From: Longimicrobiales bacterium
GTDB taxonomy: Bacteria > Gemmatimonadota > Gemmatimonadetes > Longimicrobiales > Gaopeijiaceae
Reading direction: 5' to 3'
Assembly (NCBI GenBank): GCA_965249725.1
Contig: CBDFMQ010000002.1
Location: forward strand, 960,001-1,024,000
DNA: 64,000 nt
Part shown: positions 52,005-62,469 of the stretch, piece after piece
How the letters are laid out: every line of letters begins with the position of its first letter
How positions within the stretch are numbered: position 1 is the first letter of the stretch
The notes under the pieces: model-generated
Databases searched by the model: none
The model's input: the letters and a program-made list of their open reading frames with translations, nothing else
Told to the model about the DNA's origin: nothing
Program-made: the position numbers and the translations under genes

Positions 52005-53270
52005 CTACTCATGCCGGATCGCATCCACGGGCTGAAGCCTGGACGCCTGGAAGGCCGGATAGATCGTCGCCGTAAGCGCGATGAGGATGCTGATGCCCAC
52101 GATCATGGCGATGTCGGTCGCGTGGATCGAGATGGGGAGTCGATCCACGAAGTAGACGTCAGGCGGAATGCGAATGATCTCGTATGTGTCGACCAGCCAG
52201 GCAAGCGAGAGGCCGAGCGTGGTCCCCATCGCGGTCCCGATCACCCCGATCCAGAGGCCTTGGAGAATGAAGACCCGCAAGATCCGACGATCAGTCATAC
52301 CCATGGACTTCAGGATCCCGATTTCACGCGTCCGATCAACGACCACCATGACGAGCGTGCTGACGATGTTGAATGCCGCCACGACGACGATGAGCGTTAG
52401 GATCAGCCCCATGGCGAGCTTCTCGAGCTTGAGCGCCGAGAAGAGGGCGCGGTTCGTCGTACTCCAACTCACCGCGTAGAAGTCGAACCCCAACATGTCC
52501 TGGGTGGCCAGAGCCACCGCCGAAGCCTCATCCGGATCGTCCGTCCGGATGCCGAGCCCGGAGACCCGGTCCTCGTCCAAGATGCCGAGCTGATCCTGGG
52601 CAGCCTCGAGCGGCACGTAGATGTTCTTCATGTCGTAGTCGTACATGCCGGTGGTGAACGTGCCGGTCATCTCGTACTGCCGCATGCTCGGTGTGGGCAT
52701 ACCCATGACGTCCACCGTCAGATTCTCGAACGAGATGACCGTGAGTGTATCTCCCGAGAAGAGTTGCATGCGGGCCGCGAGGCGGCTCCCCACGATCACC
52801 GCCGGAAGTCCAGATTCGGTGGACCCCAGATCGTGGATCCCCTCCTGAATGCGGGCCTCCATGTCCGTGACGGGTGGCCCGTCCGGGTCGAGAGAGACCC
52901 CATACAGGTCGGCCGGCTGAGTGTATCCGGACCTGGAGACCGTCACGCTCGTGACCACGAAGGGCGCCACGCCCGAGACCCCTTCCACCTTACGGACTGA
53001 AGCGATCACTTCACGCCAATCGTCCATCCGAAGACTACTGCCCATCTGCTGCACCATCACATGAGGGGACGACTCGAGGATCTTCCCCATCAGGTCCTCC
53101 TGCATGCCGGTCATCACACCGATGACGATGACGAGGGCGCTGACCCCCACCGTCACCCCACCCAAGGCGATCCAGGTAATGAAGGAGAGCAGTCGCCCCC
53201 CGTGAGCGGACGACAGATAGTGGCGGGCGATGTACCACTCGAGACCGCCCGAGGACCGGCCCGGCATCAC
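52005..53270 (-). CDS. Lipoprotein-releasing ABC permease LolC/E
   Basis: VAAFNIVSTL, REIGILKSMG; upstream of lolD. Confidence 0.92.
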   Translation of the reverse strand: MMPGRSSGGLEWYIARHYLSSAHGGRLLSFITWIALGGVTVGVSALVIVIGVMTGMQEDLMGKILESSPHVMVQQMGSSLRMDDWREVIASVRKVEGVSGVAPFVVTSVTVSRSGYTQPADLYGVSLDPDGPPVTDMEARIQEGIHDLGSTESGLPAVIVGSRLAARMQLFSGDTLTVISFENLTVDVMGMPTPSMRQYEMTGTFTTGMYDYDMKNIYVPLEAAQDQLGILDEDRVSGLGIRTDDPDEASAVALATQDMLGFDFYAVSWSTTNRALFSALKLEKLAMGLILTLIVVVAAFNIVSTLVMVVVDRTREIGILKSMGMTDRRILRVFILQGLWIGVIGTAMGTTLGLSLAWLVDTYEIIRIPPDVYFVDRLPISIHATDIAMIVGISILIALTATIYPAFQASRLQPVDAIRHE

Positions 53271-54793
53271 TCGTCTCGCAGCGTGGGAAAGAGGATCACG
53301 TCCCGGATGGATGACTGATTGGTGAGCAGCATGGTCAGACGGTCGACACCCATTCCGAGTCCCCCTGTCGGGGGCATGCCGTACTCCATCGCACGGATGT
53401 AGTCCTCATCGATGGGATGCGTCTCATCGTCTCCGGCGTCCTTGAGCTTCACCTGGCCCTCGAAGCGCGCGCGCTGGTCGAGCGGATCGTTCAACTCGGA
53501 GAAGGCGTTGCAGATTTCCTCTCCGGCGATGAACAGCTCGAACCGCTCCGTCAGATCCGCATGCTCCCGGTGTGCCTTGGCCAGAGGACTGATCTCCTTG
53601 GGATGGTCCATCACGAACGTCGGCTGAATCAGGTCCGGCTGGACCAGTGCACCGAACAACTTGTCGATCAGCTTACCCCAGCCTGCGCCATCCAGTTCGG
53701 CAATGTCCAGCTTCTCGGCACGCTCCCGAAGATCCTCGACCGAAAGCTCCCGCACATCGGCACCCAGAGCCTCGGAGAGAGCGTCCACCATCGAAACGCG
53801 TCGGTACGGACCAGCGAAGTTGATCTCGTGTTCCCCATACACGACGTCGGTCGATCCAGTCGCCACCAGGGCGACCCGGGTCAGCATCTCTTCGGTGAAG
53901 TCCATCAGGCCGTGGTAATCGGTGAAGGCCTGATAGAACTCGAGCATGGTGAACTCAGGATTGTGGAACCGATCGATTCCCTCGTTCCGGAAGTCCTTGG
54001 ATATCTCGTACACGCGTCCCAGCCCGCCGACGATCAAACGCTTGAGATAGAGCTCGTCGGCAATCCTCAGATAGAGAGTCCGGTCGAGTGCATTGTGCTT
54101 CGTGACGAACGGGCGGGCGGCGGCTCCACCGTACAAGGGCTGCAGGGCCGGAGTCTCGACCTCCAGGAAGTCGGCCTCGTCTAGGAAGGCGCGGAGCTCG
54201 GAGATGATCTTGGCACGTGCGCGAAAGACCTCTCTCACCTCCGGATTGACCGCAAGGTCCGCATACCTTTGCCGGTAACGCATCTCCGTGTCCGTGAAGC
54301 CGCTGAACGTCGTCCGCTCACCCGTCTCCTCGTCCTCTTCGGTCTTGCCGAGAGGCAAAGGCCTCAGGGACTTCGCCAGCAGCGTCCACTCCTGCACCTG
54401 GATGGTCGTCTCGCCCGTGCGGGTCCGAAAGAGAACTCCCTCGACGCCGATCCAGTCACCCAGGTCCAACAGGTCCAGCTGCTCGAAGTTGTCGTCTCCG
54501 AGGACGTTGTTGCGGAAATAGACCTGAATCTGTCCAGAGCGATCTTCGACGTGGCCGAACGCGCTCTTGCCGTGGCTTCGGTAGCTGAGCATGCGACCGG
54601 CCACGGAGACCCGGGTCCCGTGCCCTTGCTCGTTCAACGAGCCGGCGGCCTCCTCCTGCTCGAACTGGGCCGACGCGTCTCGGGCGAGGTGAGACCGATC
54701 GTACCCGTAGGCATAAGGATGCAATCCCTTCTCGAGGATGGCGTCCAGCTTGTCCCGACGATGCCGGCGGACCTGACTGAGGTCGTCGCTCAC
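53267..54793 (-). CDS. lysS: Lysyl-tRNA synthetase class II
   Basis: RYRQRY, GGAAARPF, FRNEG, YGMPPTGGLGMG. Confidence 0.98.
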   Translation of the reverse strand: MSDDLSQVRRHRRDKLDAILEKGLHPYAYGYDRSHLARDASAQFEQEEAAGSLNEQGHGTRVSVAGRMLSYRSHGKSAFGHVEDRSGQIQVYFRNNVLGDDNFEQLDLLDLGDWIGVEGVLFRTRTGETTIQVQEWTLLAKSLRPLPLGKTEEDEETGERTTFSGFTDTEMRYRQRYADLAVNPEVREVFRARAKIISELRAFLDEADFLEVETPALQPLYGGAAARPFVTKHNALDRTLYLRIADELYLKRLIVGGLGRVYEISKDFRNEGIDRFHNPEFTMLEFYQAFTDYHGLMDFTEEMLTRVALVATGSTDVVYGEHEINFAGPYRRVSMVDALSEALGADVRELSVEDLRERAEKLDIAELDGAGWGKLIDKLFGALVQPDLIQPTFVMDHPKEISPLAKAHREHADLTERFELFIAGEEICNAFSELNDPLDQRARFEGQVKLKDAGDDETHPIDEDYIRAMEYGMPPTGGLGMGVDRLTMLLTNQSSIRDVILFPTLRDE

Positions 54794-54806
54794 TGTGACT
54801 CTAGCT

Positions 54807-55920
54807 CTACTTTCCAGCGCCCTGTGAGGCGAATTGTTTGAGGAAGGTCTCGATGAACGGGTCGAGGTCGCCGTCCATCACTTTACCGACATCCGCGATC
54901 TTCAGATCGGTGCGGTGGTCGTTCACCATCGTGTAGGGTTGGAAAACGTAGGATCGGATCTGGTTACCCCACCCGATCTCGGTCTTCGTGGCCTCCAGAA
55001 TCGCTTTCTCCGCCTCTTGTTCCTCGAGGGCTCGCTCATACAGCGCAGCCTTCAACATCTTCATGGCCGTCGCACGGTTCTTGTGCTGGGAACGCTCTTG
55101 CTGACAAGAGACGGCGATTCCGGTGGGAAGGTGCGTCAGCCGTATGGCCGAGTCCGTCTTGTTGACGTGCTGGCCACCGGCCCCCGAAGCCCTGAACGTG
55201 TCGACGCGCAACTCCGACTCGTCGATCTCGATCTCGATCTCGTCATCCACGAGGGGATACACGAACACGCTCGCGAACGACGTGTGACGCCTCGACTGGG
55301 CGTCGAAGGGTGAGATCCTGACGAGCCGGTGCACGCCCTTTTCGGCCTTCATGTACCCGTATGCGTGGTCTCCGACGATCTCGAGCGTCGCGCTCTTGAT
55401 TCCGGCCTCTTCGCCGGGCTGTAGATCGAGGACGTTCACCTCGTACCCACGCCTCTCGGCCCACCGGGAGTACATGCGGGTGAGCATCTCTGCCCAATCC
55501 TGTGATTCCAGTCCGCCTGCGCCCGGATGAACGGTGAGGAGGGCTCCGCGGTGATCGTCCGGACCCTGCAGCATGGTTCTCAGCTCCAAGGTCTCGATCG
55601 GGGCTTCGAGGCTCTCGACCTCGGTGACCAGTTCGGCTTCGAGCTCCTCGTCCTCTTCCGCCTCGAGCAGCTCGCTGAGTTCGGCCAACTCAGCTCCCTT
55701 GCCGTCGAGGTCATGCCAGGGGCTGACCCAGCTCTTCAGTCGGTTGGCCTCGGCGATTACCTCGCGAGCTTTGTCCTGGTTGTCCCAGAACCCGGTCGCC
55801 GCCATCTGTTTGTCGAGCTCGGCAATTCGAGCATCCTTGGAGGTGACGTCAAAGATACCCCCGGAGGTCGGCGATCCGGCCACGGAGCTCTTCCAGACGC
55901 TGCAGTGCTTCCTTGCTCAT
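54807..55920 (-). CDS. prfB: Peptide chain release factor 2 with programmed +1 frameshift
   Basis: MSKEAL...RGYL then CTT-TGA-C at 55854-55848 with upstream GGGGG; SPF and GGQ motifs. Confidence 0.97.
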
Positions 55921-55958
55921 GATGGGCGGTCACGCCTGACATTTCGTGGGATGTGCGA

Positions 55959-55986
55959 GAGGGGCCACCCGAAAGGGCAACCCCTC
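55959..55986 (-). terminator. Stem-loop after zinc-ribbon gene
   Basis: GAGGGGTTGCCC-TTTC-GGGTGGCCCCTC; weak U tract. Confidence 0.45.
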
Positions 55987-56036
55987 GACCGCGCAAATAT
56001 ATTCGAGCCCAACAAGGCCATCAACAGATGGGTGAG

Positions 56037-56855
56037 CTATCCTTCGACGTCGAAGACGCTCTCCCCGTTGGCAAGCAGCTCGTTGAGGGCGTCGTTGAAG
56101 AACGTGCCCTGGGTGATCACGTCGGGATCGACCTGGTCCTTGTATTCCTTCCAGGACTTTTGGATCTCTTCGCTGAATACTTGCACGAGCGTGCCGGAGG
56201 CCAGCGCCTCTGTATGCTTGTCCGGGTTGTAGGCGATGAGATCGGAAACAAGGCTGCGAGCGAGGCTCCTCGCCTTGTCCTCCGGGGTTCGCTTCCCGAA
56301 CTGGATCGGCGCTGCACTCGGTGCCGCCTCGGCCGGTGCCTCGGCCACCTCTCCGACCGGAGCGTCCAGCTCGATCGCTCCGAAGTCGTCGGTCGGCGCC
56401 GGCCCCGCCTCGACGGGATCCGCTTCATCCGCCTCGGTGGTGATCGACCCGAACGAAATCTCACGTTCACCGAATTCATCGGCTGTCTCGGTGGCGATGT
56501 CGGCAACCACCTCCGCGTCGGCACCGAACGAGCTCTTTACCTCATCCGGCACCTCGACCTCATCCAATTCGACCACCGGGGCTTCAACCGACGCCGACGG
56601 GTCGGCCACTGGGGCTTCAACCACTGGGGCTTCAACCACCGGGGCTTCAACCACCGGGGCTTCAACCACCGGGGCTTCAGCCACGGATGCTTCGGTATCA
56701 GCGAACGTCGACTCGGCAGCAATCTCCTCCGGTTTCTCAACGGCGAAGATCTCGGGACAGGCACTGCACTGCGCTCGCACGCCCCCCTCGGGGATCTTGT
56801 CGGCGTCCACCGGGAAGGTGGTGCTACAGGACGGACACGAAACGGTGATGGTCAT
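56037..56855 (-). CDS. Zinc-ribbon (MJ0042-like) protein with acidic linker
   Basis: CPSC...CSAC N-terminus, VVEAP repeats, ARSLARSLVSDL C-terminal domain. Confidence 0.85.
   Translation of the reverse strand: MTITVSCPSCSTTFPVDADKIPEGGVRAQCSACPEIFAVEKPEEIAAESTFADTEASVAEAPVVEAPVVEAPVVEAPVVEAPVADPSASVEAPVVELDEVEVPDEVKSSFGADAEVVADIATETADEFGEREISFGSITTEADEADPVEAGPAPTDDFGAIELDAPVGEVAEAPAEAAPSAAPIQFGKRTPEDKARSLARSLVSDLIAYNPDKHTEALASGTLVQVFSEEIQKSWKEYKDQVDPDVITQGTFFNDALNELLANGESVFDVEG
56611..56685. repeat. 15-bp coding tandem repeat x5 (VVEAP)
   Basis: ggggcttcaaccacy units. Confidence 0.9.
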
Positions 56856-57808
56856 GACTCTTCAACTTCTTCCTTGAGCGGCTGCCGACGGTCCACAGCA
56901 TAGACGGACCCGGGCAGCGACTTCGTGCAGGTCTTCATTTCCGCGGCCAATTCACTCACCTGCGCCGTGTGGGTGAAGGGCTGGATTTGGTTGGTTACGA
57001 CCCCGACAGACAGTGTCATGAGGGGCACTCTACGGATACTACCGCGGCGGTCCTTTCCAAGGAAGTAGCCTGCCCTTCGGTCTTCAACTGTGTACTGGTA
57101 TGGGATCAACTCATCGAAGAGCTGCAGGATCTCGTCACAGCAATTCTCGAGGTACTGCACGTTGACGATAAAAATGAAATCGTCCCCACCGATGTGCCCT
57201 ACAAAGCCGCCGGGCGCCAGACCTCGGACCACGTCACGCAAGATGCGAGACAGAAGCAGAATGACGTGGTCGCCGTGGTTGTACCCGTAGCGATCGTTGA
57301 ATTCCTTGAAATTGTCCAAATCGGCGTAGCAGACGGCAAAATTCTCATTGCTTACGAGGCGCTCGCCGATGTCACGCTCGATCTGCACCGTTCCCGGCAG
57401 ACGAGTGGTCGGGTGGACCGCCACGTCTCGCTGAGCACGGCGCACCACCGACTCGAACCGCAGGCTCTGCTCCCTGTCCGAGCCACTCTGCGAAACGACC
57501 TCGTCGGCGCCGGCGGCCAGGCAGTCCGCCGCGAGTTCGCTCTCGTTCGACGGGATGAGGAGAATCACAGGCACGATGGCCGTGAAGGTATCCCCCTTCA
57601 CCTGTGAACAGAGCTCGAGCATGGGTCCCGGCTCATCCCCACTGTCGAGAACCAGGCACGACGGGAAGGACCGGTTCAGCAGGGCGTTTACCCCATCTGC
57701 ACCCTCCACCACCAGGAGCGTGTACCCGTGCTCAATGCAGAACCGGGTAAGTAGATCCGGTTCTGCAGTCGGGCTCGATGCCGTGTAGACGATCGTACGT
57801 GCGGCCAT
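56852..57808 (-). CDS. Receiver-like + GGDEF domain protein
   Basis: DLDNFKEFNDRYG...GD, HIGGDDF. Confidence 0.88.
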   Translation of the reverse strand: MAARTIVYTASSPTAEPDLLTRFCIEHGYTLLVVEGADGVNALLNRSFPSCLVLDSGDEPGPMLELCSQVKGDTFTAIVPVILLIPSNESELAADCLAAGADEVVSQSGSDREQSLRFESVVRRAQRDVAVHPTTRLPGTVQIERDIGERLVSNENFAVCYADLDNFKEFNDRYGYNHGDHVILLLSRILRDVVRGLAPGGFVGHIGGDDFIFIVNVQYLENCCDEILQLFDELIPYQYTVEDRRAGYFLGKDRRGSIRRVPLMTLSVGVVTNQIQPFTHTAQVSELAAEMKTCTKSLPGSVYAVDRRQPLKEEVEES

Positions 57809-57870
57809 GCCACCTTGGAATTCACGAGTTGGAGGGACTTTTCGAGCTTAGTCCCGGCGCTTGACGCTTG

Positions 57871-59320
57871 TCAACGACGCGCTGGACGGGAATCTACCAG
57901 AACGAAGTCAATAAATCGCTCCAGCTTGTCGACGCGGGATACCCGCACGGCCAATCGGTCTCCGAGCCTGAAGGTCCTGCGTGACCTCTCTCCGACCAAT
58001 CGGTAGCTCTCTTCCTGAAACGCGTAGTAGTCGTCCATCATGCTGTTCACGTGAACGAGGCCCTCCACAAAGACTTCGTCCAGGAGCACGAAGAGGCCGA
58101 ATGAAGTCACGCCAGCGATCGTCCCCGTGAACTCGTCACCGAGGTGCCTCTCCATGTACTCGGCCTTCTTGAGATCGACACTCTCTCGCTCCGCGGCCTC
58201 AGCGACCCTCTCGCGGATGCTGCAGCGCTCCGCCTTCGCCTCCAGCTCTTCCCCACCCCATTGCTCCGGGGCCACCCGCTCCTCGATCAGGACTCGCGTG
58301 ACCACTCGATGCAACCACAGGTCGGGGTATCGCCGAATCGGTGAGGTGAAGTGCGTGTAGTGGGTCGCAGCTAGACCGAAATGACCCAGATTCGCGGGAT
58401 CGTAGCGAGCCCGACTCATGGCTCGGAGTACCACCGTGGATACGAGTCGGCCCTCGGGAGTCCCATGCACCTTCTCGAGCAGCGTCTGCAGCGCCTTCGG
58501 GCCGATCGAACCCTTCGGAGTCGAGAGCCCCAACCGCGCCAGAAACGCCTTGAGCTCCAGCATCTTGTCCTTGGAAGGCGATTCGTGGACCCGGTACAAG
58601 ACCGGGAGCCCGGCATCCTCGGCGCGGCGAGCCATGATCTCGTTGGCGAGCAGCATGAAATCCTCGATGAGGCGGTTGCTCTCGAGGCGCTCCACTCGCT
58701 GGATCTCGACCGGCTCCCCCCCCTCGCCCAGCACCACGCGAGCTTCGGGCAGATCGAAGTCGAGCGCCCCTCGCTCCTCCCGGCGGGCCCGGAGCGCTCG
58801 AGCCAGGCCGGCCAGGTCGGCCAGCGCTTGATCCGTTTGAGGATCGACGGAAAGCGCTCCATCCAGAACGGACTGCGCCTCCTCATAGCTGAGCTTGTGC
58901 CTGCTTCGCACGAGCGTCTGTTCGACGCGGGCTTACTTCACGGCTCCGGAGCCATCCAGCGTTGCAAAGACGGATATCGCAAACCGGTCGACTTCCGGTA
59001 GGAGCGAGCACGCGTCGGTGGACAACGAGTGGGGCAACATGGGAATGACCCGATCGACCAGATACACACTCGTCGCTCGCTTGAGCGCCTCGAGATCCAC
59101 CGGATCACCCGCCCGCACGAAGTGGGTTACATCGGCAATGTGAATCCCGACCTCCATCAGCCCCTTCTTCAGTCGCCGAACCGAGAGGGCGTCGTCATGG
59201 TCCTTGGCATCTGCCGGGTCGATCGTGAAGGCGTGTACGTCCGTCCGGTCGACGCGCCCTTCACCGGGATCGGATCGCAGCCGCGCAACCACGTCGTCCG
59301 CGTACTGTTGCACCCCTCTC
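57871..59320 (-). pseudogene. rnr: Ribonuclease R, 5'-truncated with in-frame stop
   Basis: [31 protein letters not shown]1 domain; TAA at 58933-58935; 5' end replaced by IS3. Confidence 0.9.
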
Positions 59321-60225
59321 TGCCAACTTAGGTGAGACACGGAACGAGTAAAGAATTAGAGTAGGGCGAAGGCAGAGAAACCGAGGATGCTGAGACACCG
59401 AGAGAGAATGGAAGAGAATGGAATCGCCCCACTAACCTGGGAGGGTAAGCGAAGCGCGGCAGCTGCTCCGGACGCGGAGGTGGTAGATAAGCCGACGCGC
59501 CGACGGTTTAGTCCGTCGTACAAGCTGCGGGTCGTCGAAGAAGCGGACCGGTGCACGGAGCCGGGAGAGGTAGGGCGACTCCTGCGACGGGAGGGCTTGT
59601 ACTCGTCGCACCTGACGACATGGCGCAAGGCGGTGCGGAGTGGGTCGCTGAGAGCGCTGTCGAAGAGACGAGGTCGAAAGCCGAGCGAACGGAATCCGCT
59701 GGAGGGGAAAGTGCGCAAGCTGGAGCGCGAGAACACTCGCCTGGAGAAGGAACTCGAGAAGGCGCGCCTGATCCTCGACGTCCAGGGAAAAGTTGCAGGG
59801 CTGCTGGGATTGAGCCTCGAGGACGGGACGAACTCGTGAAGGCGGCCGAGGCGCTGGCCACGTACGTAGGGGTAAAGCCCGCGTGCGATGCGCTCAGGGT
59901 CGCCCGAGCCACGTTCTATCGTCGTCGGAGGCCATCGACCGGGCATCAGCAGCCCCGCCCGACCCCAGCCCGTGCCTTGAGCGAGAAGGAACGAGACAAG
60001 GTCTTCGACACGCTGTGTTCGGAGCGATTCGTGGACCGGTCCCCGGCCGAGGTTGTGGCGACCCTGCTCGACGAAGACGTCTACCTGTGCAGCGAACGTA
60101 CGATGTATCGCGTTCTGGCCTCCCAAGTGCCAGTTCGAGAGCGCCGAGCGCAGCGGAGTCATCCCGAATACCAGAAACCCGAGTTGATGGCGACGGGCCC
60201 GGGCCAGGTCTGGTCCTGGGATATC
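59321..60225 (+). mobile_element. IS3-family element, 3'-truncated copy
   Basis: IRL TGCCAACTTAGGTGAGACAC; orfA 59387-59839; orfB from 59836 cut after WSWDI. Confidence 0.9.
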
Positions 60226-60237
60226 CTTGGTCACCCC

Positions 60238-61621
60238 GAGTTGTGTGTAAAAGTGAGAGGAAGCTCCTCGATGCTTCTGTTAGGCTGCCTTGGCGACCTC
60301 CTTCGGTTCGAGAAGCGTGAGATCCAGGTAGCGACGTTCGCTCCAGACCGCAGTAGTCCTTAGAGCAACCGCAGTGATGAGGCGGAGCGCGCTGGCTCGG
60401 TCGGGGAAGGCGCCGGCGCTCCGGATCCGACGCTTGATCTCGGTGTGCAGGCGCTCGAGGCTGTTCGTGGTGCGCAGTCGGGCCCAGTGGGGCTCGGGGA
60501 ACGCGTAGAACTGGGTGGCGGCCGTGAAGCCCCGCTCGAGCACCCTCATTGCCTCGGGGAGTTCCTTGTGCCAGCGCGCCGTGATCTCGGCCAGGCGCTT
60601 CTTCGACTCAGCGAGCCCGGGGGCCCGGAAGACGGCGGCAACCTCGCGCGCCACACGCTTGCGCAGGCGATGCGGGACCTTGGCCAGCACGTTGCGTTGC
60701 AGGTGGACAGTACAGCGCTGGCGGCGCACCTCGGGCAGGAAGCGGCGCACCGCGGCTGCCAGGCCCGCGTGCTCATCCGCGATCACGAGCTGGACGCCGC
60801 TGAGACCACGCTCCAGGAGTTGCTCGAGGAGCTCCGACCAGCTGTTCTCCGATTCCTCAGGGCCCAGCGTGATGCCCAGGAGCCGGCGGTGGCCGTCCGG
60901 GCCCACGGCGTAGGCCACGAGCGCGCTCACGTTCTCGACCTTTCGGGCCCAGCGGGCATCGAGGAACGTCGCGTCCAGGTACAGGTAGGGGTGGGCCCCC
61001 TCGATGGGTGCACTCCGCAGCGTTTGCACGCCCTCGTCGAGCCGCTTCGCGACCCGGCTCACCGTCGAGCGTCCCACGCGCTCACCCATGAGTGCCTCGG
61101 TCACGTCGCCCATCTTGCGCTGCGACACGCCGCTCACGTAGGCCTCCACCATCATCGCATCGACTTCTTCACTCCTGCGCTGGTAGCGACCCATCACGTC
61201 GGCGGGCGAGCCGCCTTCCCGGCTGCGCGGGACCGTCACGTCGATCTGACCCAGGCTCGTAAGCAGGCGCCTCAGATACGTCCCGTTCCTGTGGCCCTTC
61301 CGGCTGCCGACCCGCTCGAATCGTCGCGCTCCGACCATCGCCTTCAACTCCTCCTCCAACACCATCTCGAGCGTTAGCCGGATCGCGCCCTGAAACAGCG
61401 ACTTCAAATCCTGACGCAGCTCGTCTTGCGTGGCTGGCTCAACTTCGACCATCTTTTCCATGAGGAAGCTCCTTGTTCCGGTTCCGACCTGCTCACGCAG
61501 GCCGGACTCCCGGGTTCATGTGATGATGAACAATTCACAAGGAGCTTCCTCTTTCTTTTCCGGGCTGTCCACCCTCCTCGGACGCCCTCACCCCCTTTTA
61601 CACAATCTTAGTGACACTACC
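60238..61621 (-). mobile_element. IS256-family element
   Basis: Ends share TGTGTAAAA in inverted orientation; outer end GGTAGTGTCAC; encodes transposase. Confidence 0.88.
60280..61461 (-). CDS. IS256-family transposase
   Basis: RNG, VPRSR, LYLDAT, QRCTVH, LRTTNSLERL..EIKRR. Confidence 0.95.
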   Translation of the reverse strand: MEKMVEVEPATQDELRQDLKSLFQGAIRLTLEMVLEEELKAMVGARRFERVGSRKGHRNGTYLRRLLTSLGQIDVTVPRSREGGSPADVMGRYQRRSEEVDAMMVEAYVSGVSQRKMGDVTEALMGERVGRSTVSRVAKRLDEGVQTLRSAPIEGAHPYLYLDATFLDARWARKVENVSALVAYAVGPDGHRRLLGITLGPEESENSWSELLEQLLERGLSGVQLVIADEHAGLAAAVRRFLPEVRRQRCTVHLQRNVLAKVPHRLRKRVAREVAAVFRAPGLAESKKRLAEITARWHKELPEAMRVLERGFTAATQFYAFPEPHWARLRTTNSLERLHTEIKRRIRSAGAFPDRASALRLITAVALRTTAVWSERRYLDLTLLEPKEVAKAA

Positions 61622-61919
61622 GTCCTTGGTCACCCCTACTACGCCAGCGGCTCGGTGATCTCCGCGTGTGGAGGCAGCCGATGACGTCAACAACGTCGAC
61701 TTCTAGTCGGTAGTAAAGAGCGTAGGGGAAGCGGCCGAGGAGAGCCCGTCGCAGCCCGACCGCGATCTCAGGGAAGGCCTCAGGAAGCTCGGAGACAAGA
61801 CCGATGATCTGCTCGAGCGATCGGACGAAGTCATCGCCGAGGCCCGGATGTTGCCCATCGTACCACTCTCGGGCCAACACCACGTCCGAGGCCGCCTCCG
61901 TGCGGAAGCGGACGAGCAC
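61617..61919 (-). CDS. RelE/ParE-family toxin
   Basis: A.EWY....PGLG.DF, RRALLGRFPYALYY, CLHTRRSP..W. Confidence 0.85.
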   Translation of the reverse strand: MLVRFRTEAASDVVLAREWYDGQHPGLGDDFVRSLEQIIGLVSELPEAFPEIAVGLRRALLGRFPYALYYRLEVDVVDVIGCLHTRRSPSRWRSRGDQGR

Positions 61920-61921
61920 AG

Positions 61922-62137
61922 CTACCCAGAGTCTCTCAGGCGGACCCGGACCTCTTCCCACGGAACGTATTCCGCATCGGTGTCAGCCAGTCGACGCTCG
62001 AGTTCCTGGACATGCCATTCGGGGATCGCGACATCTTCGGGGCTTGCCGCGACCGCATCCCAGGCCTCCCCGAGGAGTTCAATGCGCTCGTCGGGAGGCA
62101 GTCGGAGGATCTCAGCTAGGAGAGCTTGCTTCGTCAT
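61922..62137 (-). CDS. Addiction module antitoxin (TIGR02574-like)
   Basis: LPPDERIELL...WD, WHVQELERR, VPWEEV. Confidence 0.85.
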   Translation of the reverse strand: MTKQALLAEILRLPPDERIELLGEAWDAVAASPEDVAIPEWHVQELERRLADTDAEYVPWEEVRVRLRDSG

Positions 62138-62195
62138 GCTCTCAATCTCGACTGTCGACCCCGCCCACGGCAATGTTCGCATGGGTCGAGGTGAG

Positions 62196-62295
62196 GTCTA
62201 ACGGATCGCGATTCTACTGCGCGATCAAGATGCCGACCGCAAGCGAAGCGCGCGAGCCGGATGCCTACCGCGTCAGTAGCAATCGCTTGTTAGAG
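62196..62295 (-). other. Integron attC site (100 bp, intact)
   Basis: Minus strand CTCTAAC-AAGCG-ATTGCTAC...GTAGAAT-CGCGATCC-GTTAGAC. Confidence 0.9.
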
Positions 62296-62436
62296 CGCAC
62301 CCCGCTTGGGTCGGTACTCCACATGATCCAGCCCATCGAAATCTGCATCTTGAGTCCAGAGAGTGGCTGCGTAGCTGAGCGCTGACGCGTAGATGATGCT
62401 GTCCGCTAGAGGGAGCCCATGACTCGCACCGGAGCC
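62290..62436 (-). pseudogene. 3' remnant of VapC/PIN toxin
   Basis: HGLPLADSIIYASALSYAATLWTQDADFDGLDHVEYRPKRGAL*; stop lies inside attC R''; cut by IS3. Confidence 0.8.
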
Positions 62437-62469
62437 TGTCAACGCCAGTGAGACACTCTTGGGAATTAA

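Noticed and set aside
56611..56685. 15-bp tandem repeat as a phase-variation switch
   Set aside because: The unit is a multiple of 3 and lies in a low-complexity linker, so it changes length only
58933..58935. rnr in-frame stop as recoding
   Set aside because: The codon is TAA, which is not a Sec/Pyl codon, and the gene is also IS-truncated
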